Below are positions 23,700-36,745 of a stretch of 64,000 nt of DNA, in pieces. The translations under genes and the position numbers were made by a program. The notes beneath the pieces are model-generated. The model saw only the letters and a program-made list of their open reading frames with translations. It had not been told where the DNA came from and searched no databases. Each line of letters starts with the position of its first letter. Positions within the stretch are counted from its first letter, which is position 1. The stretch spans positions 25,854,001 through 25,918,000 of the forward strand of contig JAGIQG010000012.1 in the NCBI GenBank assembly GCA_024679065.1, written 5' to 3'. The stretch is from Sphyrna mokarran. Lineage: Eukaryota.

Positions 23700-26600
23700 A
23701 CAGTAGAGCTAAGAACAGGAGTAGGCCATTCAGCCCCTCAAACTGGTTCCATCATTCAATAAGAACATTACTGATCTGATTGTAGCATCAACTCCACTCT
23801 TGTACTTGTCCCCTATAGGCTATGACTCTGTTGTCGATAAACCTAATTCAGCATTGAATATATTCAATGACAACAGTCTCCATTGCTGTCTGGGGAAGAG
23901 AATTCCACAAACTAATGACTGTCTGAAAGAAAATGCTTTTTCCTCATCTCTATCAGAAATGGGAGACTCCTAGTTTATAACCTGCCTCCTAGTTCTAGAT
24001 TCCTCCACAAGGGAAAACATTTTCTGAGCATTCACCCTATACAATAACAGTATAATAATGTTTTGTGATTCATATACCAGGGCACCCAGATTGCTCTGTC
24101 ATAGAGTTCTGCAATCTCTCTCTGTTCAAATAATACAGTTTTTTTATTCTTCCTGTCAAAGTGGAAAAGTTCACATTTTCCTATGTTAGATTCTACCTTC
24201 CAATTTTTTTCCACCCACTGAACCTATCTAAATTTTTTTGTAGACTATTTTGACAATTTTAATTCCTACCTATCTTTGTCATCAGCAAATTTAACTATCA
24301 TACATTTGGTCCTTTAATCCAAATCATTGATATAAATTATAAATAGTTGAGGACCCAGAATTGATCCATGTAGCACCCCATTACTTACAGCTTGCAACCT
24401 GAAAATGACACAATGATTTCTGTTCACTGCTTCCTGTTAGCTAACCATACTAATATATTATCACCTACACCATGAGCTCTTACTTTAGTAGTCACCTTTA
24501 ATGCGGCACTTTATCGAATACCTTTTAACAATCCAAGTACATCACATCTATAGGTTTCCTTTTATCCACTTTGCTTGTTACTTCCTAGAGTCATAGAGGT
24601 GATAGTTATGAAGAGGTTTACAGCATAGAAGCAGGCCCTTTGGCCCAATTTGTCCATGCCACCCTTTTTCTCAAAAAATCCCTAAGCTAATCCCAATTGC
24701 CCACCTTTGGCCCATATCCCTCTATACCCATCTTATCCATGTAACTTTCTAAATACTTTCAAAAGATAAAAATGTACCCATCTCTACTACTACCTCTGGC
24801 AGCTTGTTCCAGACACTCAACACCCTCTGTGTGAAAAATTGCCCCTTTTGTATCGCTCCCTTTTCATCTTAAACCTATGCCCTCTAGTTTTAGACTCCCT
24901 TACCTTTGGGAAAAGATATTGACTATCTATCTTGTCTATGCCCCTCATTATTTTATAGACCTCTATAAGATCACCCCTCAGCCACCTATGTTCCAGAGAA
25001 AAAAGTCCCAGTCTATTCAGAGTCTTCTTATAATGCAATCCATCAGGTCCCAGTAGCATCCTAGTAAATCTTTTCTGCACCCTTTCTCGTTTAATAATTT
25101 CCTTTCTATAATAGGTTGATCAGAATTGCACACAGTATTCCAAGTGAGGGTTTACCAATGTCTTGTTCAACTTCAACAAGATGTCCCAACTCCTGTATTC
25201 AACATTGTGACCCATTGATGAAACCAAGCATGCTGAATGCCTTCTTCGCCACTCTGTCCACCTGTAACTCCACTTTCAAGGAGCTATGAACATGTATTCC
25301 TTGATCTCTTTGTTCTGTAACTCTTCGCAACATCCCATCATTAACTGAATAAGTCCTACCCTGGTTCAATCATTTGTCTAAATGAAACTTCATCTGTCAC
25401 TCGTCAGCCCACTGACCCAATTGATCAAGATTCCATTGCAATTGAAGATAACTTTCTTCACTGTCCACTACGCCACCAATTTTGGTGTCATCTGCAAACT
25501 TACTAACCATGCCCCCTATATTCTCATCCATATCATTAATATAAATGACAAATAACAGTGGGCCCAGCACTGATCCCTGAGGTACACTGCTGGTCACAGG
25601 CCTCCAGTTAGAAAAACAACTCTCTACAACCACCCTCTGGCTTTTGTCAAGAAGCCAATTTTATATCCATTTAGATACCTCACCCTGGATCCCTTGAGAC
25701 TTAACTTCATGCAACAACCTACCATACAGTACCTTGTCAAAGGCCTTGCTAAAGTCTGAGTAGACAAAATCAACTGCACTGCCCTCATCTACCTTCTTGG
25801 TTGCACCTTCAAAATATTCAATCAAATTTGTGAGACATGATTTTCCACTCACAAAGCCATGCTGACTGTCCCTAATCAGTCCTTGCATTTCTAAATGCCT
25901 GTACATCCTGTCTCTCAAAATACCTTCCAATAATTTACTCACCACAGATGTGAGGCTCACTGGCCTGTAATTCCCAGGCTTTTACCTGCAGCCCTTTTTA
26001 AACAAAGGCACAACATTTACCGTTCTCCAATCTTCAAGTACCTCACCAGTGACTTTCAATGATTCAAATATCTTGACTAGGGAACCCGCAATTTCCTTCT
26101 TGGCCTCACACAACATCCTGGGATATACCTCATCAGGTCCAGGGAATTTATCTACCTTGATGCGCTTTAAGACTTCCAGCACCTCCTTCTCTGTTATATG
26201 TATACTCCTCAAGACATCACCATTTATTTCCCCAAGTTCCCTAACATCCATGCTTTTCTCAACAGTAAATACTGATGAGAAATAGTCATTTAGGATCTAA
26301 CCATCTCTTGTGGATCTGCATAGAGATGATCTTGTTGATCCATAAAAGACCATATCTTCTCCCTTGTTACTTTTTTGCCTTTATGTATTTGTAGAAGCTC
26401 TTTGAATTCTCCTTTGCCTCATCTGCCAAAACAATTTTGTGCCCCCTTTTTGCCTTCCTGATTTCTCTTTTAACACTACTCTTACACCCCTTATACTCTT
26501 CAAGAGATTCACTTGATCCCAGCTACTTATGCAAGTCATGTGCCTGTTTCTTCTTCTTGACCAGGACCTCAATATTCCAAGTCATTCAGAGTTCCTAAGG

Positions 26601-27780
26601 TCTGCCAGCCTTGCTCTTCACTCTAAGAGGAATATGTTTACCCTGAACCTTGGTTAACACACTTTTGAAAGCATGCTACTTACCAGATGTCCCTTTTCCT
26701 TCCATCAACTCTCCCAATTAACTTTTGAAAGTTTCTGCCTGACACCATCAAAATTGGCCTTGCTCCAATTTAGAGTTTTAACTTTTCGGACAGACCTATC
26801 ATTCTTCATAACTATCTTAAAACTAATAGAATTATGGTCATGGTCCCAAAGTGATCCCTCACTAACACTTCTGTCACGTACCCTTCCTGATTTCCCAAGA
26901 AGAAGTCAAGTTTTGCCCCCTCTCTCGTCGGGCCATCCACATACTGAATGAGAAAATCCTCCTGAATACACTCAACAAATCTCTCTCTATCCAACCCTCT
27001 CATACTATGGCTGTCCCAGTCAATGTTGGAAAAATTAAAATCTCTGACTATCATCACCCATTTTTCTTAGAGCTGTCTGTAATCTTCTGACATATTTGCT
27101 CCTCAATTTCCCACTGACTATTTGGGGGCCTATAGTATAACCCTAACAAAGTGACTTGCCCCTTCTTATTTCTCAGTTCTACCCTATAGAGTTCCTCAAG
27201 GAACTCTAATAAATTAATCAAATATGAGTTCTCTTTTACAAAACTATGTTGACTCTGCTTGATTATATTATGAATCTCTAGATATTAATAACCTCCCTAA
27301 TATTAGATTCCAGAATTTTCCCCATGATGGATGTTGGGCTAACTGGTCTATAGTTCCATACTTTTCTTGAACAGAGGCATTACATTAGTGATATTCCAAT
27401 CCACTGGGACCCTTCCAGAATGTAGAGTATTTTGGAAAATCAAACTGATGCATCTGTGTTCTACTATCTCTGCAGCCACTACTTTTAAGACTGTAGGATG
27501 CAAGCCATTAGGTCCAGAGGACTTGTCAGTCTTTAGTTGCAATAATTTTCCCATTTTCTTTTACCTTATGATTGTTTTAAGTTCCTCTCTCATTTTAAGT
27601 CTTGGTTCTGAAGTATCCTGGGCTTTTTTTGTGTCTTCTACAGTGAAGTCAGATGCAAAATGCAAAAGATGCAATCCTTCCCCCTTTTCCATAGTTCCCA
27701 TTGTTAATTTCTCAGTCTCACCCACAAAAGGACCAATGATTGCTTTGGTTTCCTTTTTTAAATACTATAGAAATTCTTGG
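23700..27780 (-). mobile_element. Old CR1 LINE split by a younger CR1 (24588-27188)
   Basis: 3' tail at about 23700-23780 and RT relics at 24030-24585. These resume at 27190 (ttcctcaaggaactctaataaatt) and continue through KSSGPNGLHP..LKVVAAEIV at 27348-27554. Confidence 0.8.
24588..27188 (-). mobile_element. CR1 subfamily C, decayed (part of APE, RT and 3' end)
   Basis: Consecutive ORF pieces [46 protein letters not shown] and QKRFTRML. The tail is shared with 60880-61650. Confidence 0.92.
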
Positions 27781-29517
27781 GCAGCGATTCTCTTAGGCAG
27801 AGATTGGCCCATGTGCAGTGGACCTGCACTGCCTGCCTTTGATTATTGGCCAGCCCTGCAAACCCTGCATCATGGCCACACTGACCCCACAACCTCCCAT
27901 TCGCTGGCCTCCTGAACCTCTGCAATTTCAAAAGATCATCTAGTTTCTCTCATAGAATCATTTAGTTCTATCGCACACAAAGAGGCGCATTGGCCAATCA
28001 TATCTATGCCAGCCATCAAGCACTTATCTATTCGGATCCTACTTTCCAGCTGGGTCTGTAGTCTTGTATGTATGGCATTTCACGCTGCTCGTTTGAATGT
28101 CTCTTAAATGTTACTGCTGAATTTAATGGACTTGAATTTCGTCTAGCAGGGTATCTAAAAACTGTTACTTAGGCTTGTTCTTGCATTCTTTCAAATAAAG
28201 AAATAGGAACACGAGTTGACAGCATGTCCCTTCTGCCCGCTTCATCAGTTAATACGATTTTGCTAATCTTGGGCTTCAATTCCATTTTCCCTTATCCCTT
28301 AAGAGTCCAAAAATCTATTTATTCTAGCCTTAAACATATTCATAGAGGCTACAAATAAAATTAAATGCTGCAGAGAAAAAGGATAAAAGAAAAGCATTTT
28401 CATTTATTTCTTCAGCTTCGCCCCCACCTCAGTGCGTAAATCCTTTTTTATCCCTAGAAGCTCTTATTCCATCTATTGCCACCTTTTTACCATATGTATG
28501 CCTATATACGATTTTGGGATTCCCAGAGAATCAGAGAGAATCCTGCATGTTAAAATATTATCCTTAAGTCCATGAGTCCTCACCTTGTCTATTAAACTTT
28601 TGTGTGATACCTTATCGAATGCCTTTTGAATATCCAGGTATACTCAAACTACTGGTTCCTTTTTATCTATCTGTTACACCCTCAAAAACACACAATAAAA
28701 TCTGTTTGACAGAATTTCCATTTAGCAAAACAATGCTGACTTGTTTTAATCTAATCAAGATTTTGTCCACAAATATTGCTGAAAGCGTGAGCTGATAACA
28801 GAGCAATGCGGATATCAGAGCAAATACAACCTGAGTGAACAGAGCAACCAAAGGAGATTTAAGGTTTGGGATCTGGACATTCACATTTAACAGCAGATCT
28901 ACTCCTCACCGGAAGCTGCTGTACCATTTGCTACAAATAACAGTGAGATTGATTAGCTCTGCTATTATTTTGATAACAATTTCTAGCCCTTTTTCTGCCA
29001 CTGTGCACCAAAATACTTTTAGTACAAACATAAATGATAGAAATAGAGAATTGCACCTCACATCTTCATGTCAGTTTTGTCTAAATACATATATGAGAAA
29101 TACAGAATAGTTTTTTTGAAAAGCTCAGAATAAGAAACAACTTTAAAAGGTGTGATGGATGGGGTGTGAGAGATGGTGGGGCTGCATTCTTTTACTGCAT
29201 ATATATTAATGATCTCTGTCATGAGTGACCTGTCCAAACATTACACCATCGGAAGTGCAGCCAGGATGATAGCAGCAGAAGGGAATGTGCAATCATGCAT
29301 TGCTCAGAGACTGACTCGTGCATTCCTGAGGGTACAGAGAATCTGCCAAGAGAATCATAAACTGCACGGTGGGAATGAGACTTCACTGCCAAGGATTCTG
29401 CTGTTTCACCCGAAATAGGCATTGCTACAGGGTGAGGCATTACACTACTTAATGTAACAGCGCAATCTAATTGCAAACAAGAACACAATATTTAAACATA
29501 CAGCCTTCCTTTACAGC

Positions 29518-31470
29518 AGGGAAGAAGTGTTGGGGCTTTTAGGTAGCATAAAGACTTATAAAGCTCCGGGGCCTGATGGTATTTATCCCAGGCTACTAAG
29601 GGAGGTGAGGGATGACATTGCTGGGCCTCTGATGCAAATCTTTGTCTCTTCTTTGGACACAGGTGAGGTCCCAGAGGACTGGAGGATTGCAAATGTAGTA
29701 CCGTTATTTAAAAAGGGTCAGAGGGATAACCCAGGGAACTATAGGCCAGTGAGCTTGACTTCAGTTATAGGTAAGCTAATAGAGAGGATCCTCAGGGACA
29801 GGATGTGTGAGCATCTGGAGCGCTGCGATCTGATCAGGGATACGCAGCATGGCTTCGTTAAGGGGAGGTCGTGCCTTACGAATCTAGTGGAATTTTTTGA
29901 AGAGGTGACAAAAACGGTTGATGAAGGACAAGCCGTTGATGTCGTCTACATGGATTTCAGTAAGGCGTTTGACAAGGTTCCCCATGGTAGGCTGATAAAA
30001 AAGGTGAAGGTGCATGGGATACAGGGCCAGGCATGTAGATGGGTTGAGAACTGGCTTGGGAGGAGGAGACAGCGGGTATTAGTGGAAGGCTCTTTTTCCA
30101 ACTGGAGGTCAGTCACTAGTGGTGTGCCACAGGGCTCAGTACTAGGACCTCTTCTATTTGTGATTTATATAAATGACTTGGAAGAGGGGGTAGGTGGTGT
30201 GATCAGCAAATTTGCTGATGACACTAAGATACTTGGATTGGCGGGGACTGAGGAGCAGTGCCAGGCAATACAACAGGACATAGATAGGCTGGTAGATTGG
30301 GCAGATAGATGGCAAATGGAATTTAATCCGGATAAATGCGAGGTGATGCATTTTGGCCGGAATAATGTAGAGGGGAGTTATAGGATAAAAGGTAAAACTA
30401 TCCGGAGTATAGAGACGCAGAGAGACCTGGGGGTGCAGGTTCACAAGTCTCTGAAGGTGTCAGTACAGGTGGAAAAGGTGATAAAGAAAGCGTATGGTAT
30501 GTTAGCCTTCATAGGAAGGGGTATAGAATACAAGAGTAGGAGTTTGATGTTGCAAGTGTATAGAACGTTGGTTAGGCCTCACTTGGAGTACTGCGTCCAG
30601 TTCTGGTCGCCGTACTACCGGAAGGATGTGGAGTCCCTGGAGAGAGTGCAGAGGAGATTTACCAGGATGCTGCCTGGTATGGAAGGGCTGTCTTACGAGG
30701 AAAGGTTGAACGTACTGGGGTTGTTTTCCCTTGAAAGACGTCGGCTGAGAGGGGATCTATTAGAGGTATATAAGATTATGAGGGGTATAGATAGAGTAAA
30801 TGGTGGTAAGCTTTTTCCACCATTAGATTCGGATAGAACGAGGGGTCACGGCCTTAGGGTGAGGGGGGCTATGTATAAGACTAATATTAGAGGGCATTTT
30901 TTCACACAAAGGGTAGTGGGGGTGTGGAATGCACTACCGAGTAAGGTGGTGGGAGCAGGCACGCTAGGGTGTTTAAGGGTCTCTTGGACAGCCACATGAG
31001 CGGTCTGCAGATAGAGGGATATAGGAGGACTGTTTAAATACTTTATTTGTTTCCACAGGCTATTCGGTCCACCTTGTTGACCAACAAGGTGCATGCATTC
31101 AGCAGGTCGTGCGAGGGCTGCTCTTGGATGTTACTTCAGGAGTGGCCTAGTGCTTCATGTCGTTAGTGTATGCTTAAACTGGACCATCAGATGGGCAACA
31201 TGACAGCTCAGAGACTATCGCTGTTGCTGTGCAGACACATGGATTTGGGCCTGTGTCTGCGGGAGTTTGCGCGTTCTCCCCGTGGTTGCGTGGGTTTTCT
31301 CCGGGTGCTCCGGTTTCCTCCCACATCCCAAAAATGTGCTCTTAGGCTGATTGGGTAACAAATTGTCCCTATATTGGTCTCTATATGTCATTAAGACGTT
31401 AGGATGGTGGCGCGGGCTCGTTGGGCCGAAGGGCCTGTTTCCCATGCTGTGTTGTTCTTTGTTCTTTGTT
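29518..31470 (+). mobile_element. Young CR1 subfamily B, 5'-truncated, uninterrupted RT domain, V-SINE-containing 3' UTR
   Basis: 490-aa ORF with intact [15 protein letters not shown] and FADDTK. One frameshift lies near 30968, and the likely native stop is TAA at 31035-31037. It ends in a (TTTGTTC)n tail. Confidence 0.96.
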
Positions 31471-31514
31471 CATCTGAGGCAACAACAGCAAAATTGGACT
31501 GCAAACAAGAACAT

Positions 31515-32020
31515 TGGATGGAATTCTCAGAAATTCTAGGTGTTCAATTAGCAGAAGAACAGGAGTAATTCACGCTGTTTTTTTTCAGTGGAAATCTCCC
31601 ACACTCTGTGCAATACAGAGGCCACCAATATGAGTATCATTAGATTTCAGAGGATGGGGCCTATTCCTGCCCAGGAGGCTGAAACCAACAGCTTCTGCAC
31701 AATATGCAGTGGGCCTGAACTGTCTGCTTCCTGTTTGCTGACCAGCTCAATTTCTGGCCAACTCGGGACCCCTGCATTCTGCCTCCAATCCTACCATGGC
31801 CCAATCTCAGCCCCCCATCCATTCCCAGGCTATCCTCGACTGCTTTCACATCCAAGGCTATCCCAATCTCCAGTCTACTTCTTTCGAATGCCAATCTTCT
31901 CCCTGCCAGAACCTCTCCCCATCCGGCAGACCATCCCCTGGCAGCCCCCTCCGCCCAGTTCATGGGCCTTTCTCCTGCCCCAACAATCCCAATGGCACAG
32001 TAGCAGCAGTGCTCCTTTAT
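31515..32020. mobile_element. MITE-like element related to 6011-7137
   Basis: Shares the start ggaattctc...aaattctaggtgt...ggagtaattcacgctgttt and has a C-rich interior. Confidence 0.5.
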
Positions 32021-33099
32021 AATGCCGAATGTAACAGCACAATCTAACTGCAAACAAGAGCACTATCTTTAAAAAGACAGCTCTCCTTTTACAGCTCACA
32101 ACTTATGTTAAAAACATTTCCACAAGGCACACATTCTTATCCGCCTATTCAAAGTCTTTATAATCAGTTACGGCAAAGCAAATATTATTTTAATGAAGGA
32201 ACCGGAATATATTTTTGACCATAATGTGCAACTTTGAATCATTATGAGTAGGTTCTAAAAAAAAATCACAAAAATGATTACACATCTCAGAAGAAATTTA
32301 CTTTTCTCGTGCAACATAACATATAGGACTAATTGTATATAATTTCATCTATATAATGAGGTTGGCTGCAAAAGTAAGTGACAAATTTCAGTGTATATTT
32401 TCCATCTGAGATTGAAATTTGCAAACCATATAGTCAGCCTGTGATTTTCCTCAGAACTTAGAAAAAAATGGATGTAGAATGTGAATGTATTAAAACAATC
32501 TCATATTGTTTGGATTTAGTTTTGAAAATTTTGTAATACAGTGTCCCAAGTGTATAATCATAGTATTCAAATTTTGGAATCTCATTAACTGGAAGCATAA
32601 TCAGGCAAGAAAGTCAGGGTCTGATTGTCTCAGCTCTTAGCCTCTTGAACATTAAAATAAATTTGCAGCTCCTGCTGTAAACATAGAAACATAGTAGTTA
32701 TACTCTTAACTGGGAACAGCAGGTATGCAATGGACATCTATCATTGATATTAATAATGTTTTATGTGGATGAAACTTTAGGTCAAGGAAAGCTGGGATAA
32801 TGGTGCTGGGAGTCTGTTGAGCGTGAACAGGGGGAATTAGGGATGAATTTTAACATGTTAGGCTAGTTGTGCCAAGCCCTCTGGCAAGTTGCCACATCCA
32901 AATCACTCTACTGGAGTAATATTTCAATTTTTACTACTTTTACATATACATGTCGTTGCCACTCAACTCTACCTCACTACCACCTCTCTCAATTCCTCTT
33001 CTAACATCAAATTATCAGACAGTCTCTCTGACACCCAGTACTGGATAAGCTGAAATTTCCTCCATTTAAATATTGGATGTCTTTGGTCCTTGGTTCAAA

Positions 33100-33502
33100 C
33101 TGTTTCTTTCTAAATGATTCCATCCTTGTCCCTGGTGATAGTCTGAGATTAATGCAAGCTGTTTGCCTCCTTGGTGCCACATCTGCCTCCGAGGTGAATT
33201 CTTCAATTCTTCAATAAGACTGCCTATTTTCATCTTGTAACATCACTCAACTTTGCCCTGCCTCTGCTATTGAAAATTCAATGAACCATCTGTTACCTAC
33301 AGATTCGACTATGTAAATACATTCCTGACTGGTGTCTCACATTCTATCCTCTGTAAGATGTTGCCCTTGACCAAGCTTTTGGTCTTCTGACCTAATACCT
33401 CTTTATGTGGCTCAGTGTCATGGTCTGTTTTAGAATGATTCTGTGAAGTGCCTTGGGACATTTCTTTATGTGAAAGGTTCTATATAAACATGAGTTGTTG
33501 TT
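33100..33502 (+). mobile_element. L2-type LINE 3' fragment
   Basis: L2 ORF2-like relic (gttacctacagattcgactatgtaaatac, RLDYCN-like) and tail aaggttctatataaacatgagttgttg. Confidence 0.6.
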
Positions 33503-33689
33503 AACTTTCATGTTGCATCATGGCTTTGCCAAACTTCCTGTAAATGAAATGTAAGCAAGATGAGAATACAACGTTTGGAGAGGCTGATTAAAACTCATGC
33601 AGATACTGCTATAAATAGGCAGTACTCAAACGTTTTCTTGCCCAAATCACAGAATATTTACAGTGCAGAACAAAACTATTTGGCCCTTC

Positions 33690-34035
33690 AGGGCAGCACA
33701 GTAGCACAGTGGTTAGCACTGCTGCTTTGCAGCTGTAGGGACCTGGGTTCGATTCCCAGCTCAGGTCACTGTCTGTGTGGAGTTTGCACATTCTCCTCGT
33801 GTCTGTGTGGGTTTCCCCTGGGTACTCTGGTTTCCTCCCACAGTCCAAAAATGTGCGGATGAGGTTGATTGGCCATGCTAAGAAATTGCGTCTTAGTGTC
33901 CAGGGATGTGTAGGTTAGTGGGATTAGTGGTATAATATGTAGGGATATGAGGGTAGGCCTGAGTGGGATTGTGTTCGATGGGCTGAAGGGCCTCTTTCTG
34001 CACTATAGGGTTTCTATGATCTTTCTATGATCTAT
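33690..34035 (+). mobile_element. HE1-like V-SINE, full length
   Basis: A box (tagcacagtgg), B box (ggttcgattcc), V core and a CR1-type tail ending in ctatgat repeats. Confidence 0.9.
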
Positions 34036-34224
34036 AATTGTTTCTGCACGAGGAAACGGGAAAGGATTTATTCAAACTACATTTGATGAGAATTTACATT
34101 CAGAATCACATCAAGATGGATGGCAACTTAATTGACAATCTTGGAATGAACCTCATAAGAGAAGCAATGTGACTGCGGCAGCAGCAACACTAGCAGTAAT
34201 AGTCTACTGTTGAGAGATCTGCTG

Positions 34225-34440
34225 GAGGGAGAAGGAAACAGCAGGAAGAAGGAAACAGCAGGGAGAAGGAGCTAGTAGAGACAAAGTAGCAAAGGAGGAA
34301 CAGCAGAAAGGGAAACAGCAGAGAGTGAGTAGCAAAGAGTGAGTAGCAAAGAGGAAGCAGCAGAGAGAGAGGAGCAGGAGAGAACCACAGACAGGGAAGT
34401 AGCAGGGAGGAAGTAGCAGAGAGATGCAGCTCACAGGAGG
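34225..34440. repeat. Purine-rich low-complexity tract with degenerate (AGCAG/AGTAGC) units
   Basis: Recurrent gaaacagcag and agtagcaaag units. Confidence 0.6.
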
Positions 34441-34944
34441 AACTAACTGTGATACAGGTTGTACAGGCAGAATGTGAATTTACTTGACATGCTGCAACAA
34501 CAGTCCTTCAGGTGTCTCAGGTTACTGTGTCATGTGTTAAAAAGCATCTGCTTGTCCTTGACATGGAGCTGCTCCCTCCATGACCTGGTAGCTGAACAGT
34601 ACACGTGCAAAAGGCAAAGTCACAACTGCCTTCAACATTTCTTTTTGTCCTTCTAGCGTTTTGTGTCCTTTCTGTGTCCTTTAGTGCTCTGATGGAGAAA
34701 TGTCCAGAATGCCCCAGTCAGCAGTGACTGGGTTCCTCAGGGATGGCAATTATGCAAAATTCAACTAAAATGCCACCAGTCAAAATGAGCATAGAGTCAG
34801 GTTTGTATTTCAGGCTGGCTTCCTAGAGGGGCAGGGCTTTATTGATGGTGGCACAAAGCAGTCTGCACATCCCAAACCCACCACGAGTGTTGTGATCTTT
34901 AAATGGTTCCAATTCAGCACTGTTACAATCACAAATTGACATAT

Positions 34945-35429
34945 TAGAACATAGAACATAGAACATTACAGCACAGAACAGGCCCTTTGGCCTTCGATGT
35001 TGCGCCGACCAATATAAAAAGCAATGCCCCTCCAAACTAAACCATTCCCTTCTCTTCCATATACTTATCAACTAACCTCTTAAACGCCACCAAACTTGGC
35101 GCATCTACAACTGCTGCAGGCAGGGCATTCCACTCCCTAACCACCCTTTGGGTAAAGAACCTACCTCTGATATCCGTCCTATAACTATCACCCCTTAATT
35201 TAAAGCTGTGTCCCCTCGTGCTAGCTTTCTCCATCCTAGGAAAAAGGCTATCACTGTCCACCCTATCTAAACCTCTAATCATCTTATATGTTTCGATCAG
35301 GTCCCCTCTTAGCCTCCTCCTTTCTAACGAAAACAACCTCAAATCCCTCAGCCTCTCCTCATAAGACCTGCCCTCCATACCAGGCAACATCCTGGTAAAC
35401 CTCCTCTGTACCCTCTCCAAAGCCTCCAC
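34945..35429 (-). mobile_element. Young CR1 subfamily A, 5'-truncated
   Basis: 130-aa ORF2 C-terminus and (TATGTTC)n tail. Confidence 0.95.
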
Positions 35430-36597
35430 TACCTCTATCTACCTATTGGTAGATATGTGCAAGTTTTCGAAGGAGCTGCCATCACATTTTCATTGTTTGG
35501 CAATCCAAATCCCCTGACTGCTTTGAAGCTGCAAAGAATATCTGCTTAAGAGGGTGTAAAGCAAGTATTTCTCAGACTCCAAGTGTTAGAATACAAGGAC
35601 CAAACAGCTGCCCCTCCCCAACCCATTGATCTCCATCAACTTATGCATTCCCATTCATCAGTAAGGAAGTTACAAGATCACTTAACAACCGACAACCAAA
35701 CATGGGTAACATGGTGAAGTGGTGCAAACGAACAAATTTGATGCAATTTTGGTAAACAATGTAAACTTTACAACATACCATTTTCACAAACATTATGCAT
35801 ATAATTAATAAACTCCAAAGCTTTGTTTTTCCAATTCCTACTACTTCTAGTGTGGTTTCAATAAAGGCAGAGACAGATTGCTTAAATCCTTTCTCATTGC
35901 CGAGATAATCTTGACTGACATCCCCTAGATTTTGGAGCATGTGAAAACTCTGCCAAATATTGTTCCCTCCCCCCTCCCCGTGTAGAGTGGCCCATTGAGG
36001 CAGAGTACTGGGTACAGACTGAAGAGGGGAAATAAGGGAGAAGAAGGAATGTTTTGAGTGGAGTTCCTACATTCATGTCTCCTTTCACCACCATCTTTCT
36101 TATGGGGCAACCATACTTCACTTTGCTAGAGAGTGCTTTGGGAAGAGGTACTGTGAAGCTGGCTATAAGATATCTGTCATCCATATAGAACATGACGGTA
36201 TGCAGAGTGTTATGGCCATGGGGGATGTGGACATATTTGATCGCTACACTTGATGATCCATGGGATTGGCCACAGTGTGGAAAAAGATAGCTTACAATGC
36301 CCTGCAACATCATCACACTCATTCCCTTAGCAGTTGAGGTTTGATGGCCTGTCAATATATCACACATTTAATAGGCCGATTCTACCACAGAGTGGCAACT
36401 GCTGCTGGATTGCTACTCATCTAATTTCTTCCCTTAGCCTGGAGCTCCACATTTCTCGCCAGACCCTGCTGAGAAACACGCTGCGTATCTGCTCTTGGAG
36501 TCTTGCTGTGTAGCTTAGGAGTGTCGGAGGAAACAAAACCACTGCCCCTTTTTGTGTAACTAGCTGTTATATTCCGAAAAATTTGTAAATTGTAAAT

Positions 36598-36745
36598 TAA
36601 GTGGACAGTTTGAGACTGTTCTCCTTGGAGACAAGGCAGGTAAGAGGAGGTTTAATAGAAATGTTCAAAATCATGAGGGGATTGAACAGAGTAGATAGGG
36701 AGAAACTGTTTCTGCTCATTAAAAGAATCAAAAATGAGGGGGCAC
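36598..36745 (+). mobile_element. Old CR1 ORF2 C-terminal fragment
   Basis: Encodes LRLFSLETRQVRGGLIEMFKIMRGLNRVDREKLF. Confidence 0.75.

Noticed and set aside
29527-30999. 490-aa RT ORF as a domesticated or prokaryotic-type RT system (retron, DGR)
   Set aside because: It has typical CR1 motifs and tail, is 5'-truncated, has no evident promoter or true start, and sits in a eukaryotic intron.
33690-33765. tRNA gene
   Set aside because: The A and B boxes belong to a SINE head that continues into the V core and LINE tail, and no complete cloverleaf is present.
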